Shown here one piece after another: positions 30,288-39,826 of a DNA stretch of 64,000 nt; the stretch's first letter is position 1, and every line of letters begins with the position of its first letter. The stretch is taken from assembly GCA_031458695.1 (NCBI GenBank), contig JAVKJW010000002.1, forward strand, positions 32,001 to 96,000. Reading direction: 5' to 3'. The DNA comes from Candidatus Thermofontivivens primus (GTDB lineage: Bacteria; Sysuimicrobiota; Sysuimicrobiia; Sysuimicrobiales; Thermofontiviventaceae). Under the pieces are notes generated by a model, which was not told the DNA's origin, searched no databases, and saw nothing but the letters and a program-made list of their open reading frames with translations. A program made the translations under genes and the position numbers.

Positions 30288-30944
30288 TCACTGTGGGATT
30301 TGTGGGGATCCTCCTTTTGGAATAGGAGATCGCCAAAACCGCAGAAGGTAATGGAGCATCTTGAAATACTCCAGCAACACGTCCTCCGTGTCCTGCTCCC
30401 GCGTCCACCAGCGGTCGACGTGGAATGTGCTGTAAGGAGAGGGAGAGACGAGGACCTGGATTCCTGCCGCACCGAAGATGCGTTGAAATGTCCACTTCGC
30501 GCGTCGGGCGTGGTAGGGGGACGTTACAACGATCACCCGGCGCCCACCAAGCTTTTGGACCATCGGGAGGGTCCTCAAGGCTTGCTCCCAGGTGCTCATA
30601 GACTCTTCCTCCATGAGGATGGCTCGTGCAGGAAGACCGAGGATGAGGGCTTCCTTGCGCATCACTTCCGCTGCCGTCGTCCAGCGGCCCAACGGCCCGC
30701 CTGAAAGGATGACCTTCGGCGCGTATCCCTGCCTCCACAGGGAGACAGCCTGCATCACCCGCTCCCCTGTGCTATCACCCGAAAGGGCGATGATGACATC
30801 GGCACGGGTGAGTGAGTCATTGGTGACGAGCCAAGCCGCCGCCTGGGTGAGGATCCATGGGTATCCCAGGAAGAGCGCAACAAGGACGACTGCGGCGATG
30901 GCGAGGCGGATGGGCCATTTCGGTGAACGCCTTGGTCTTTTCAA
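30288..30944 (-). CDS. YdcF/DUF218 family protein
   Basis: N-terminal TM; ADVIIALSG, VILSGG, EEESMSTWE and VVTSPYHARRA. Start taken as TTG 30944, just after the cupin stop (uncertain). Confidence 0.82.
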   Translation of the reverse strand: MKRPRRSPKWPIRLAIAAVVLVALFLGYPWILTQAAAWLVTNDSLTRADVIIALSGDSTGERVMQAVSLWRQGYAPKVILSGGPLGRWTTAAEVMRKEALILGLPARAILMEEESMSTWEQALRTLPMVQKLGGRRVIVVTSPYHARRAKWTFQRIFGAAGIQVLVSPSPYSTFHVDRWWTREQDTEDVLLEYFKMLHYLLRFWRSPIPKGGSPQIPQ

Positions 30945-30949
30945 GGGCC

Positions 30950-31333
30950 TCAGTACGCTTCCCAGTCCTTCCGTGGTACAGACCAGTTCGACGGTCCCGC
31001 TGGTCTGATGGAGACGTGGCACACTGGCGAGGTCCTCGTCGCGCCGTGCCAGTGCCATGTTCCTGCGGGGACGACCACAATATCTCCCGCCTTCGCATAA
31101 TGCCTCTCCTGTTCGGTGGCCACAATCCCCTCCCCTTCCACAAAGTAGAGCACTTGATCGGTCTCGTGAATATGCGGGATGGTGCGGGCACCGGCTTCAA
31201 AGAACACGGCGATCACCTCGATCGCACCAGGCTGTTCAGGCCGCACCAAATATTGCAGGCGGACGTTCCCGGAGAAGTACTCTGGACGCTCCGGTGGACC
31301 CGCCTGGGAGAGATCGACCCTGAATGTGTGCAC
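30950..31333 (-). CDS. cupin-domain protein
   Basis: PEYFSG.V, F.AGART.PHIH..DQVLY..EGEG and GDIVVVPAGTWHWHGA. GGAGG RBS before GTG. Confidence 0.85.
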   Translation of the reverse strand: MHTFRVDLSQAGPPERPEYFSGNVRLQYLVRPEQPGAIEVIAVFFEAGARTIPHIHETDQVLYFVEGEGIVATEQERHYAKAGDIVVVPAGTWHWHGATRTSPVCHVSIRPAGPSNWSVPRKDWEAY

Positions 31334-31436
31334 GGCGGAACCTCCACCCCTTTGGTGTTACCGGAAAGATACGCGGTAGGTGAGGGATCTCCCTTCTGCT
31401 CCTTCCTCTCGGCAAGCGATTTTCTTGGGAAGTTCC

Positions 31437-32207
31437 CTAAGCCATGCGCGCTCCAGTGATGGAGGGTTTTACGGCACGCACCGTGATGCTGACAATGGGG
31501 AACACCCCCATGGGCGCACTCTTTTGGAGAACCTCCACATCCACAAAACCCGCAGTACGGATCTTTTGAAGGTACTCCTCTTGTTCGAGGGCGCCACCAA
31601 CACAGCCAGCCCAAGCCGCTAGACTCTCGCGCACAAACTTCGGCAGCTCGTCCTGCGTGACAATATCCGAGACGATCATTCGCCCTCCGGGCTTCAACAC
31701 CCGGAACGCCTCCCGGAAGACCGCTTCTTTGTCGGGGGAGAGGTTGATGACGCAGTTGCTGATGATCACGTCTACGGAAGCATCTTCAAGAGGTAGGTCC
31801 TCGATTTCTCCGAAGCGGAATTCCACATTGGCCGCGTTAGCCTTTCGTGCGCTTTCCTGTGCTCGCTCGATCATCTCAGGGGTCATGTCCACTCCAATGA
31901 CTCTCCCTTGGGGACCAACCCTTTGCGCTGCGAGGAGCGCGTCTAGTCCACCGCCACTTCCCAGATCGAGGACCACCTCCCCGGGCCTGAGTTCTGAGAG
32001 GGCCGTGGGATTCCCACATCCCGCGGCCATAGATACAGCTTCCTGAGGTAGATCCCCAAGCTCGCTCGCAGAATACCCGATCTGCATGAGGTGAACGTCG
32101 GCACTCGATCCGTATCCACACCCCGCGGGCTCGCAACAGCTCTTGCCTTGCGCGAGTTTGGCATAGTGTTCCCTTACTGCTGCCTTGATCGTCTCTTCTT
32201 CCCACAT
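31437..32207 (-). CDS. arsM: arsenite S-adenosylmethionine methyltransferase
   Basis: VREHYAKLA..KSCC, GCGNP, VLDLGSGGGLD, IGVDMTPEM, VIISNCVINLSPDK and WAGCVGGA (As-binding cysteines). GGAGG RBS. Confidence 0.92.
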   Translation of the reverse strand: MWEEETIKAAVREHYAKLAQGKSCCEPAGCGYGSSADVHLMQIGYSASELGDLPQEAVSMAAGCGNPTALSELRPGEVVLDLGSGGGLDALLAAQRVGPQGRVIGVDMTPEMIERAQESARKANAANVEFRFGEIEDLPLEDASVDVIISNCVINLSPDKEAVFREAFRVLKPGGRMIVSDIVTQDELPKFVRESLAAWAGCVGGALEQEEYLQKIRTAGFVDVEVLQKSAPMGVFPIVSITVRAVKPSITGARMA

Positions 32208-32220
32208 GTTGCAACCCTCC

Positions 32221-32508
32221 TCATGGGGAAGTTCTGGTTCCCGTCATGGGTTGGATACACGTCCACAGGGTCTCCTGTACACAGAGCCCTCCGGCCTCTC
32301 GCAAATCAACTATGCAGCTTTTGCCTTGTAGACCTAAAAGGCGGAAGCCGAATCGCATCAGAATGACGCCCGCACGCCATCGGAGGTGGTAGGCCAAACT
32401 CCCTCTTTGACCTTTCGCTTGCTGTGCGAACCGATAGGCCTCCGCTTCCTGTAGAAGCTCCCTCTGCTTGGCTTTGGCGAGTTTCAAGAGCAGGTTCGCA
32501 TGGAACAC
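32221..32508 (-). CDS. hypothetical protein (about 95 aa) between arsR and arsM
   Basis: GTG 32508 starts 2 nt after the arsR stop, behind GGGAGGGG, and the ORF ends 13 nt before arsM. Basic helical N-terminus and three C-terminal Cys. Confidence 0.55.
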   Translation of the reverse strand: MFHANLLLKLAKAKQRELLQEAEAYRFAQQAKGQRGSLAYHLRWRAGVILMRFGFRLLGLQGKSCIVDLREAGGLCVQETLWTCIQPMTGTRTSP

Positions 32509-32510
32509 CG

Positions 32511-32939
32511 TCAATCCCCTCCCTTTGTGTGCGTCTTGCAGCAACAGCATCTGATGGGCTCGACCGGAGGTGAACCAATGGCCTTTGTCACCATTTGCAG
32601 TTGAGACGAGAAAGATTTCGACAAGCGGTAATAGCTCCACTTCCCGTCCTTGCGGATCTCGACAAGCCCCGCCTTCGCAAGCAAGGTGAGGTGGTGGATC
32701 ATCGTGGAATGCGCCAAGTCAAAGGCAGCCTCGATGTCACAAGCGCACATCTCCCCGTACCGTTCCAGGAGTTTGACGATCGCCAGCCGGTGCGGGTCAG
32801 CCAGGGCCGTGAGGACCTGCAAGGCCTGCACAAAATCTTCCTGTCGCCGCACACTCTCCTGGGCGGCACGATACTCTTCCGCGCAACAACGGGGATCTGT
32901 ATGCAGCTTAGCCAGTCGCTTGAGGAGAATTGTCTCCAC
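32511..32939 (-). CDS. arsR: ArsR/SmtB-family metalloregulator
   Basis: ALADPHRLAIVKLL...EMCACDI....LAHSTMIHHL..L..AGLV..RKDGKWSYYRL. Upstream of arsM. Confidence 0.9.
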   Translation of the reverse strand: METILLKRLAKLHTDPRCCAEEYRAAQESVRRQEDFVQALQVLTALADPHRLAIVKLLERYGEMCACDIEAAFDLAHSTMIHHLTLLAKAGLVEIRKDGKWSYYRLSKSFSSQLQMVTKAIGSPPVEPIRCCCCKTHTKGGD

Positions 32940-32951
32940 ACCGAACCTCTC

Positions 32952-33005
32952 ATGTCGAAAATAATCGACATAGCAATCCTAGCATGGGAGGGGAGGGGTT
33001 GTCAA
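32952..33005 (-). promoter_or_regulatory. ars promoter with ArsR-type operator
   Basis: Minus strand TTGACA (33005-33000) - 18 nt - TAGGAT (32981-32976) with TGn. Perfect 7-6-7 inverted repeat ATGTCGA-aaataa-TCGACAT at 32952-32971 lies just downstream. Confidence 0.75.
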
Positions 33006-33159
33006 GGGAGAGGAATCATCCGGCCTCTCTGGCAACGTTTTCTCCTGTCCACTCGGCAAGCTTTCCCACCGTCTTCCAAGACAGATGGATCCCTGTACCT
33101 TAGCCCGATGCGGCGCACTGGCTTCCCGCGTACATTGGAGACAAAGGGGGGTTGCATCC

Positions 33160-33882
33160 ATGAACCTGAGCAATTCTGTGGTCCTCATCACCGGGGCATC
33201 GCGTGGGTTGGGGCTGGAGGTTGCCAGGATCTTCGCGCGTAGGGGTGCGAGCTTGGTGATCACGGCAAGGGGAGCCGATGCGCTTTGGAAAGCTTCAGAG
33301 GAGCTTGCGCTGCAAACCGAGGTATTGGCAATCCCTGGAGATATCGCAGACCTAGTACACGCAGAACGCCTCGTCCGGGAAGGCTTAGCCCAATTCGGCC
33401 GCATAGACGTTCTGATCAACAACGCCTCGACCGTCGGGCCAAGTCCAATGCCCTCCCTGGATTTGCTGGCGCCGGAGGCATTCGAGGAGATCTTGCGGGT
33501 CAACGTGGTGGCACCGCTGCACCTGATTCAGCTCGTGCTTCCCCAGATGAAGGTTCGAGGCGAGGGCCTGATCATCAACATCACTTCGGATGCGGGGGTC
33601 AAGGCATATGCGGGCTGGGGTGGCTACGGCACGAGCAAAGCGGCCCTAGAGCATCTATCCCGCATGCTGGCAGAAGAACTCCGAGGTACCGGTATCCGAG
33701 TGTACCTGGTGGATCCCGGCGACATGAACACCCAGATGCACCGGGAGGCTGACCCTGGTTTGGATCTCTCCCACCTGCCCGGGCCAGAGGTTCCGGCCCC
33801 GGCGTTCGTACATCTCGTGGAGGTAGAGACCGCGTCCTTTGGCCGATTTGAAGCGCTGAGGATGGTGGATGGTCCATCGTGA
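33160..33882 (+). CDS. short-chain dehydrogenase/reductase
   Basis: ITGASRGLG, LINNAS, catalytic YGTSK and DPGDMNT motifs. Confidence 0.9.
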   Translation: MNLSNSVVLITGASRGLGLEVARIFARRGASLVITARGADALWKASEELALQTEVLAIPGDIADLVHAERLVREGLAQFGRIDVLINNASTVGPSPMPSLDLLAPEAFEEILRVNVVAPLHLIQLVLPQMKVRGEGLIINITSDAGVKAYAGWGGYGTSKAALEHLSRMLAEELRGTGIRVYLVDPGDMNTQMHREADPGLDLSHLPGPEVPAPAFVHLVEVETASFGRFEALRMVDGPS

Positions 33883-33892
33883 GGAGAAGGCC

Positions 33893-34909
33893 ATGGGTGA
33901 CCTGCCTTCCCCTCTCGACTTCCTCCTCCCTCCGGAACTGGAAGCCCACGAGCCACCGGAGGCGCGTGGTCTGTCTCGCGACGCGGTCCGCTTGCTGGTG
34001 AGCTTCCGTGGAGATGATCAGATCATCCACGCTCGCTTTTCAGACCTTCCCCTTTTCCTGCGCCCTGGTGATCTGATAGTCGTGAACGATTCCGCCACCC
34101 TTCCTGCGGCACTTCCAGCGAAACGCACCGATGGGAGCGAGATCACGCTGCACCTTTCTACCCAGGTCCTGTCTGGGTTGTGGGTTGGTGAACCCAGGAA
34201 GACGCGGGTGGAACCAGGAGAAAGGCTTTCCCTACCTGGAGGTGGCGTGGCGACCGTGCTCATTCCTTATCGGAACTCCGCGCGGCTGTGGGTGATGCAG
34301 CTGGTCCTGCCTGAGCCTCTTCTGGACTACTTATCCCGTTGGGGGCGTCCGATCACCTATCCGTATGTCCACGGGCAATGGCCTATTGAGATCTATCAGA
34401 CAGTGTACGCAGTATATCCAGGATCGGCGGAGATGCCATCCGCAGGCAGGGCATTTACCTGGGAGTTGATCGAGAGATTGCAAGCCAAGGGAATTGGCTG
34501 GGCTCGGATCACTCTACACACGGGCGTGGCAAGCTTGGAGCACGGTGAAGAGCTCTACGAGGAGTTTTACGCCGTCCCACACGAGACTGCCCTTCGAATC
34601 CGAGAAACAAAGTTGATGGGGGGCCGGGTGATCGCGGTGGGCACTACGGTAGTGCGCGCACTGGAAAGCTCAGTAGACGAAACAGGCTGCCCGATTGCCT
34701 CCAAGGGCTGGACCGATCTTGTCATCACGCCGGCGCGCGGCGTACAGGTTGTCGACGGGCTGCTTACTGGTTTTCACGAGCCCAAGGCAACGCATCTGGC
34801 GATGCTGGAGGCGATTGCTGGCAGGGCGCATTTGGCGAAGGTCTACGCTGCGGCGGTAGAAGCTAGGTACCTTTGGCACGAGTTCGGCGACCTCCATCTG
34901 ATTCTGTGA
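33893..34909 (+). CDS. QueA-family protein (divergent paralog of SAM:tRNA ribosyltransferase-isomerase)
   Basis: DF.LP.EL.A.EP, PGDLIVVND, YQTVYA and AVGTTVVRALES are QueA-like. SAEMPSAGR, TGFHEP and WHEFGD differ from canonical QueA. Confidence 0.8.
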   Translation: MGDLPSPLDFLLPPELEAHEPPEARGLSRDAVRLLVSFRGDDQIIHARFSDLPLFLRPGDLIVVNDSATLPAALPAKRTDGSEITLHLSTQVLSGLWVGEPRKTRVEPGERLSLPGGGVATVLIPYRNSARLWVMQLVLPEPLLDYLSRWGRPITYPYVHGQWPIEIYQTVYAVYPGSAEMPSAGRAFTWELIERLQAKGIGWARITLHTGVASLEHGEELYEEFYAVPHETALRIRETKLMGGRVIAVGTTVVRALESSVDETGCPIASKGWTDLVITPARGVQVVDGLLTGFHEPKATHLAMLEAIAGRAHLAKVYAAAVEARYLWHEFGDLHLIL

Positions 34910-35047
34910 AGAGCGACCACGTGGGAAAGGGGACAAAAGCATCTGTCACATGCAACCGTGGGACGAGGGTGAGGTTCAAAGGAAATCTTGCAAGGATACT
35001 GAAATGCTCCATCAAGCGCCCCGAGGAATATGCTATTATGAAAGGCG

Positions 35048-36424
35048 ATGTCCGGATTACCCCAAACCCTTCGCATCCAGCAACCCCCTCCGGGCTTTGA
35101 TCCTGGGGCGAGCAAGGTGGCCAAAGCAGCGCGCCACGCCACCCTTCAGCGCAGCGCCGCGATTGCTGAGGTGGCGAACTGGGAGGATCTCAGAGCGAGG
35201 GCCAAGGTCATCAGAGCATATACGCTGGAGCACATTGACGTTCTCCTGCAACAACTTGAAGTGAATTTCCGTGGTGCCGGCGGAGTGGTGCATTACGCCT
35301 CCGACGCCCGTTCTGCTTGCACGATCCTCCTGGACTTGGCAAGGCAACACGGGGTGCGGCGAGTGGTGAAGAGCAAGTCCATGGTTTCGGAGGAGCTGGA
35401 GGTCAACGAGGCCATCCAACGGGCCGGGTTAGAGGTTGTGGAGACAGATCTCGGGGAATTTATCATTCAACTCGCCGGGGAGCGTCCCTCGCACATCACC
35501 GCCCCAGCGATCCACAAATCAACCGAGGAGATTGCCACTCTGCTCTCCCGCCACCTCGGAGAATCCCTCCCTCCCGATCCCCAGGCTCTCTTGCTGGCCG
35601 CACGGGCCTACCTGCGAAAGCGCTTCCTGGACGCAGAGATGGGCATCATCGGGGTGAACTTTGCAGTTGCCGAGACTGGCACCCTCGTGGTCGTGGAGAA
35701 CGAAGGAAACGCACGCCTGGTTTCCACCCTCCCCCGCCTCCTCGTCGCCATCATGGGCATAGAGAAGGTTACCCCAGCTCTCTTGGACCTCGCCACGTTT
35801 CTGCGCTTGCTCCCACGGAGCGCCACCGGCCAGGTGATGACCAGCTACGTCTCTCTCATCAGCGGCCCCTATCCAGGACAAGAACTGCATCTCATTGTCG
35901 TGGACAACGGCCGCAGGCGGATCCTTGGAGATCCCACGGTGCGCGAGATCCTCCACTGTATCCGTTGCGGGGCCTGCATGAATGTCTGCCCTGTCTATCG
36001 GATCATCGGAGGGCATGCCTATGGATGGGTCTACACGGGGCCCATGGGGGCGATCCTCTCGCCGTTGCTCTTGAACGCGGAGACGACCTCCGATCTCCCC
36101 TTTGCCTCCACCCTCTGCGGCGCCTGCAGGGAAGTCTGCCCTGTGGACATCGATCTCCCCCGCCTTCTTCTGGAGCTTCGCCGCCGGGCGGCGTCCAAGG
36201 TTTCCACCCCGTCTGAGCGATGGATGATGTCCACCTGGGCATTTGCTGGGAAGAGTAGAGAGAGGTTCTCGGTGGGGGGCAAGCTGGTGAGGAGATTCCT
36301 CCGCGTCGCGCGGAATCTTGGGAGCGTCCAGCGCCTCTTTCCCCCTCTAGCGGGATGGACGATCTCCCGAGACCTACCCCTTCCCCCTGCACAGTCCTTC
36401 CGGGAGCGGTGGAGGAAGCCATGA
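35048..36424 (+). CDS. lutB: lactate utilization protein B (LutB/LldF, Fe-S)
   Basis: VKSKSMVSEE, ETDLGEFIIQ, PSHITAPAIH, ENEGN, RSATGQ, CIRCGACMNVCPVY and STLCGACREVCP. Confidence 0.92.
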   Translation: MSGLPQTLRIQQPPPGFDPGASKVAKAARHATLQRSAAIAEVANWEDLRARAKVIRAYTLEHIDVLLQQLEVNFRGAGGVVHYASDARSACTILLDLARQHGVRRVVKSKSMVSEELEVNEAIQRAGLEVVETDLGEFIIQLAGERPSHITAPAIHKSTEEIATLLSRHLGESLPPDPQALLLAARAYLRKRFLDAEMGIIGVNFAVAETGTLVVVENEGNARLVSTLPRLLVAIMGIEKVTPALLDLATFLRLLPRSATGQVMTSYVSLISGPYPGQELHLIVVDNGRRRILGDPTVREILHCIRCGACMNVCPVYRIIGGHAYGWVYTGPMGAILSPLLLNAETTSDLPFASTLCGACREVCPVDIDLPRLLLELRRRAASKVSTPSERWMMSTWAFAGKSRERFSVGGKLVRRFLRVARNLGSVQRLFPPLAGWTISRDLPLPPAQSFRERWRKP

Positions 36425-36975
36425 ACGCACGCCTGGGATTCGTGGATCGGTTCAAGGCGCAAGTGGAAGCCGCGGGGGGAAAGGTCGTGGTGTGCAGGAG
36501 CAGGGAGGAAGCTGTGGGTGTGGTTAGGCAGGAGCTTTACCGGAGAAACCTCAGGGAGGTTTTGGGAGGAGGGCTAGGGGGAAGATGGGCTTCTCTCAAG
36601 GAGAGTCTCGAATCCTGGGGGGCGAAACTCCTCGAGACGCCCCCTCGCCTCACCCCTGATGGGATTCCCGAGGTTGGCATCGGCGAGGCAGAGTATGCGG
36701 TCGCAGAGACCGGGACCTTGGTCGAGGTAGCCTGGCACAGGGAACGTCTCCTCTCCTCCCTTCTCCCGCCAGTGCACATTGCCCTCTTGGACGAGGACCG
36801 GATCGTACCGGATCTTGATTCCCTCTTTGTGGTGCTTCTGCCACTCCTCAGCCAAGGGCCTCGGCCGCGCGTTGTCTGCATTACCGGACCGAGTCGTTCC
36901 GCGGACATTGAAAAGCTGCTGATCCTGGGAGCCCACGGTCCCCGCGAACTTATCGTGGTCCTCTCCCCACCGTGA
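36421..36975 (+). CDS. lutC: lactate utilization protein C (LUD domain)
   Basis: AVAETGTL, SLLPPVHIA and ITGPSRSADIE..L.LGAHGPREL. ATGA overlap with lutB. Confidence 0.9.
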   Translation: MNARLGFVDRFKAQVEAAGGKVVVCRSREEAVGVVRQELYRRNLREVLGGGLGGRWASLKESLESWGAKLLETPPRLTPDGIPEVGIGEAEYAVAETGTLVEVAWHRERLLSSLLPPVHIALLDEDRIVPDLDSLFVVLLPLLSQGPRPRVVCITGPSRSADIEKLLILGAHGPRELIVVLSPP

Positions 36976-37081
36976 ACACCAGAGCAACCTCTGGAGTTGA
37001 CCCACCACAGTCCTGCGGTGCTATAACCAGATGGGAGGACGTACCAGAGAATCGTGGTCTGTGCATCGTGCGTCGTGAACG

Positions 37082-37867
37082 ATGAGCTGTAGGCAGAAAC
37101 CAGAGCAACCAGGTCAACGGGATGGCCAAGGAGACCAAGTCCATCTCCTTGGCGTGCGCATTGATCTCCTCTCCATGGAGGAGGCGGTGGCCAGGATCGA
37201 ACAGTTCATCCAGGATGGCTCGCCTCACCACGTGGTGACAGCTGATGCCTCGGCCATCTTACGGGCCTATGAGGATCCCCGCTTCCGGGAGATCCTTGGC
37301 AATGCTTCCCTCGTTGTCCCAGATGGGATTGGTGTTGTCTGGGCGGCCCGCCTCTTTGGGCGTCATGTCCCGGAACGGGTCCCAGGTGTGGAGCTTGTGG
37401 AACGCCTCTGTGCTCTGAGCGCAGAGAAAGGTTATACCGTGTTCCTCCTGGGAGCAGCCCCAGGTGTGGCGGAGGAGGCGGCCAGGGTCCTCTCCACTCG
37501 GTATCCGGGCCTGCGCGTCGTGGGGACCCACCACGGGTACTTCCGGCCGGAAGAGGAAGAAGGGATCCTGGCGAGGATCCAGGGGAATCGTCCCCACCTG
37601 CTCTTCGTGGCGCTGGGTGTTCCGGCGCAGGAGGCCTGGATCGCTCGACATCGGGATATCCTGGGGGTTCCTGTAAGCATCGGGGTGGGGGGGAGTTTCG
37701 ATGTGCTCTCTGGGCGTCTCCGCCGGGCCCCGCGGTGGATGCAGCGGCTGGGACTGGAGTGGTTGTTCCGCTTGCTCCAAGAACCGTGGCGGTGGCGAAG
37801 GATCTTAGCGCTCCCACGGTTTGTATGGCTTGTGGCAAAGGCGCGGGTTTCCCGTGGAGGAGTATGA
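37082..37867 (+). CDS. WecB/TagA/CpsF-family glycosyltransferase
   Basis: VVPDGIGVVWA, ERVPGVEL, HHGYF, GVGGSFDV and RAPRWMQRLGLEWLFRL.QEP.R. Confidence 0.92.
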   Translation: MSCRQKPEQPGQRDGQGDQVHLLGVRIDLLSMEEAVARIEQFIQDGSPHHVVTADASAILRAYEDPRFREILGNASLVVPDGIGVVWAARLFGRHVPERVPGVELVERLCALSAEKGYTVFLLGAAPGVAEEAARVLSTRYPGLRVVGTHHGYFRPEEEEGILARIQGNRPHLLFVALGVPAQEAWIARHRDILGVPVSIGVGGSFDVLSGRLRRAPRWMQRLGLEWLFRLLQEPWRWRRILALPRFVWLVAKARVSRGGV

Positions 37868-37951
37868 GGGTTCCTCAAGAAGAGAGGAGGAGTTTCGTCC
37901 TATCCGGAGGAAAATTGAGGATGCCGGGCTTGGCGAGGGGAAGGAACAACG

Positions 37952-39814
37952 ATGGGCCACAGACACCCTTTCCTCGAGCGACTTGAGCAAGGGCCGATCC
38001 TCTGCGACGGAGCCATGGGGACGATGCTCTACTCCCGTGGTGTCCCCTTCGACCAGTGCTTCGATGCGCTCAACCTCACGCGGCGGGACCTTGTCCAGGG
38101 GATTCACCTCGAGTACATCCAGGCCGGGGCTGAGATCATCGAGACCAACACCTTTGGAGCCAACCGTATCAAGCTGGGCCAGCATGGTCTTGAAAAAAGC
38201 GTCCGGGACATCAATTTCTGGGGGGCCAAGATTGCCAAAGAGGCGAGGGATATTGCCGGGCGGTCCGTGTTCATCGCCGGATCTGTTGGTCCCCTCGGAA
38301 AACCGCTGGCGCCCTTCGGCCTTGTTTCCCCGGAGGAGGCTCGGGAGATCTTCCAAGAGCAGATCGAGGCCCTGGTCGAAGGAGGGGTAGACCTGTTGAT
38401 CCTAGAGACCTTCTTCGACCTGCGGGAACTAGAGCAAGCAGTGCGCGTAGCCAAAGAGACCTGCGACCTCCCCATCATCGCCCAGATGACCTTTAACGAG
38501 GAAGGCCGGACGATCATGGGGAATACGCCGGAAGAAGTGGTAGCAGTACTGGATGCCCTGGGCGCGGACGTCATTGGGGCCAATTGCTCAACGGGTCCCC
38601 AGCCCGTATACGCGGTAATGCTGGAAATGCTCAAGGTGAGCCGGAAACCCCTCTCTGCCCAGCCTAACGCCGGCTACCCCGCCCGGATCGAGGGGAGGTT
38701 CATTTACCCATCCACCCCTGCCTACATGGCAGATTACGCACGGCGCATGGTCCAGGCGGGGGTGCGCGTTATCGGTGCGTGCTGCGGGACGACCCCTGAG
38801 CACATCGCGGCGATCCGGGAAGCCATCCAGGACCTACGACCTCCCGAGATCCGACCTGTGATTGTCCCTCAACCCGTGCGTGAGGAGAAAACGCCACCGC
38901 CTGTGGCCCGCCCCACAGAGCTCTCTCGTAAGCTCGGACGCCAGTTCGTGATCAGCGTGGAGATCGACCCGCCAAAGGGATTGGACCCCACCAAGGATCT
39001 CCAGGGCGCTAGGCTCCTGAAGGAAAAAGGTGTGGATGTGATCAACGTGGGAGACAGTCCCATGGCAAGGGTGCGCATGAGCGCCTTGGCCATGTGCTAC
39101 CTCATCCAAGAACATGTGGGCATGGAGACCATCATCCACTTCACCACCCGAGACCGAAACATCCTCGGGCTCCAGGCGGACCTCATTGGGGCACATGCAA
39201 TGGGTGTGCGCAACATCCTAGCCTTGACAGGGGATCCACCGCGCATTGGGGATTATCCTGGTGCCACCGCAGTCTACGACGTGGATTCCATTGGCCTCAT
39301 CCGCATCCTCAGCCATCTCAAGCGAGGGACGGACTTGGCAGGAAAGCCCATTGGGCAGCCCGCCTCCTTCTTCGTGGGGTGTGCCCTCGACCTCAACCCG
39401 CAGGTTCGGGACCGGGAGCTTCCTCGCTTGGAGCAGAAGATCGAGGCGGGCGCCGACTTCATCATGACCCAGTTTATCTTCGAGCCTGAACCTCTCCTGG
39501 ACTTCCTGGAGAAAGTGGGAAAGCCTCCCATCCCGATGATGGTGGGAATCCTGCCGCTCCAGAGTTACCGCCAGGCCGAGTTTCTTGCCAATGAAGTCCC
39601 TGGGATCGTTATCCCCGCATGGGTCAGGGAGCGGATGCGCCAGGCCGGGAACAGGGGCCGGGAGGAGGGGCTCGCGCTCGCCGAGGAATTGCTCAAGGCC
39701 ATTATGGACAAGGTGGAAGGGGTTTATCTCATGCCTTCCTTTGGCCGATACGAGGTGGTGGCGACCCTCGTCGAGATCATCCGGAGCTCCACAGCTACTG
39801 CGCGACCGAAGTAA
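37952..39814 (+). CDS. yitJ: bifunctional homocysteine S-methyltransferase / methylenetetrahydrofolate reductase
   Basis: DGAMGT, ETNTFGAN, GANCSTGP, PNAGYP and GACCGTTPEHI, followed by an MTHFR half (SVEIDPP, RDRNILGLQ, ALTGDP, GADFIMTQ). Confidence 0.92.
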   Translation: MGHRHPFLERLEQGPILCDGAMGTMLYSRGVPFDQCFDALNLTRRDLVQGIHLEYIQAGAEIIETNTFGANRIKLGQHGLEKSVRDINFWGAKIAKEARDIAGRSVFIAGSVGPLGKPLAPFGLVSPEEAREIFQEQIEALVEGGVDLLILETFFDLRELEQAVRVAKETCDLPIIAQMTFNEEGRTIMGNTPEEVVAVLDALGADVIGANCSTGPQPVYAVMLEMLKVSRKPLSAQPNAGYPARIEGRFIYPSTPAYMADYARRMVQAGVRVIGACCGTTPEHIAAIREAIQDLRPPEIRPVIVPQPVREEKTPPPVARPTELSRKLGRQFVISVEIDPPKGLDPTKDLQGARLLKEKGVDVINVGDSPMARVRMSALAMCYLIQEHVGMETIIHFTTRDRNILGLQADLIGAHAMGVRNILALTGDPPRIGDYPGATAVYDVDSIGLIRILSHLKRGTDLAGKPIGQPASFFVGCALDLNPQVRDRELPRLEQKIEAGADFIMTQFIFEPEPLLDFLEKVGKPPIPMMVGILPLQSYRQAEFLANEVPGIVIPAWVRERMRQAGNRGREEGLALAEELLKAIMDKVEGVYLMPSFGRYEVVATLVEIIRSSTATARPK

Positions 39815-39826
39815 GGAGGGGGGTTC

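Noticed and set aside
37868..37951. SAM-I riboswitch upstream of yitJ
   Set aside because: The spacer is only 84 nt and lacks the AUC...GAU P1 and GCAACC elements. Only a simple TCCTCAA/TTGAGGA stem is visible.
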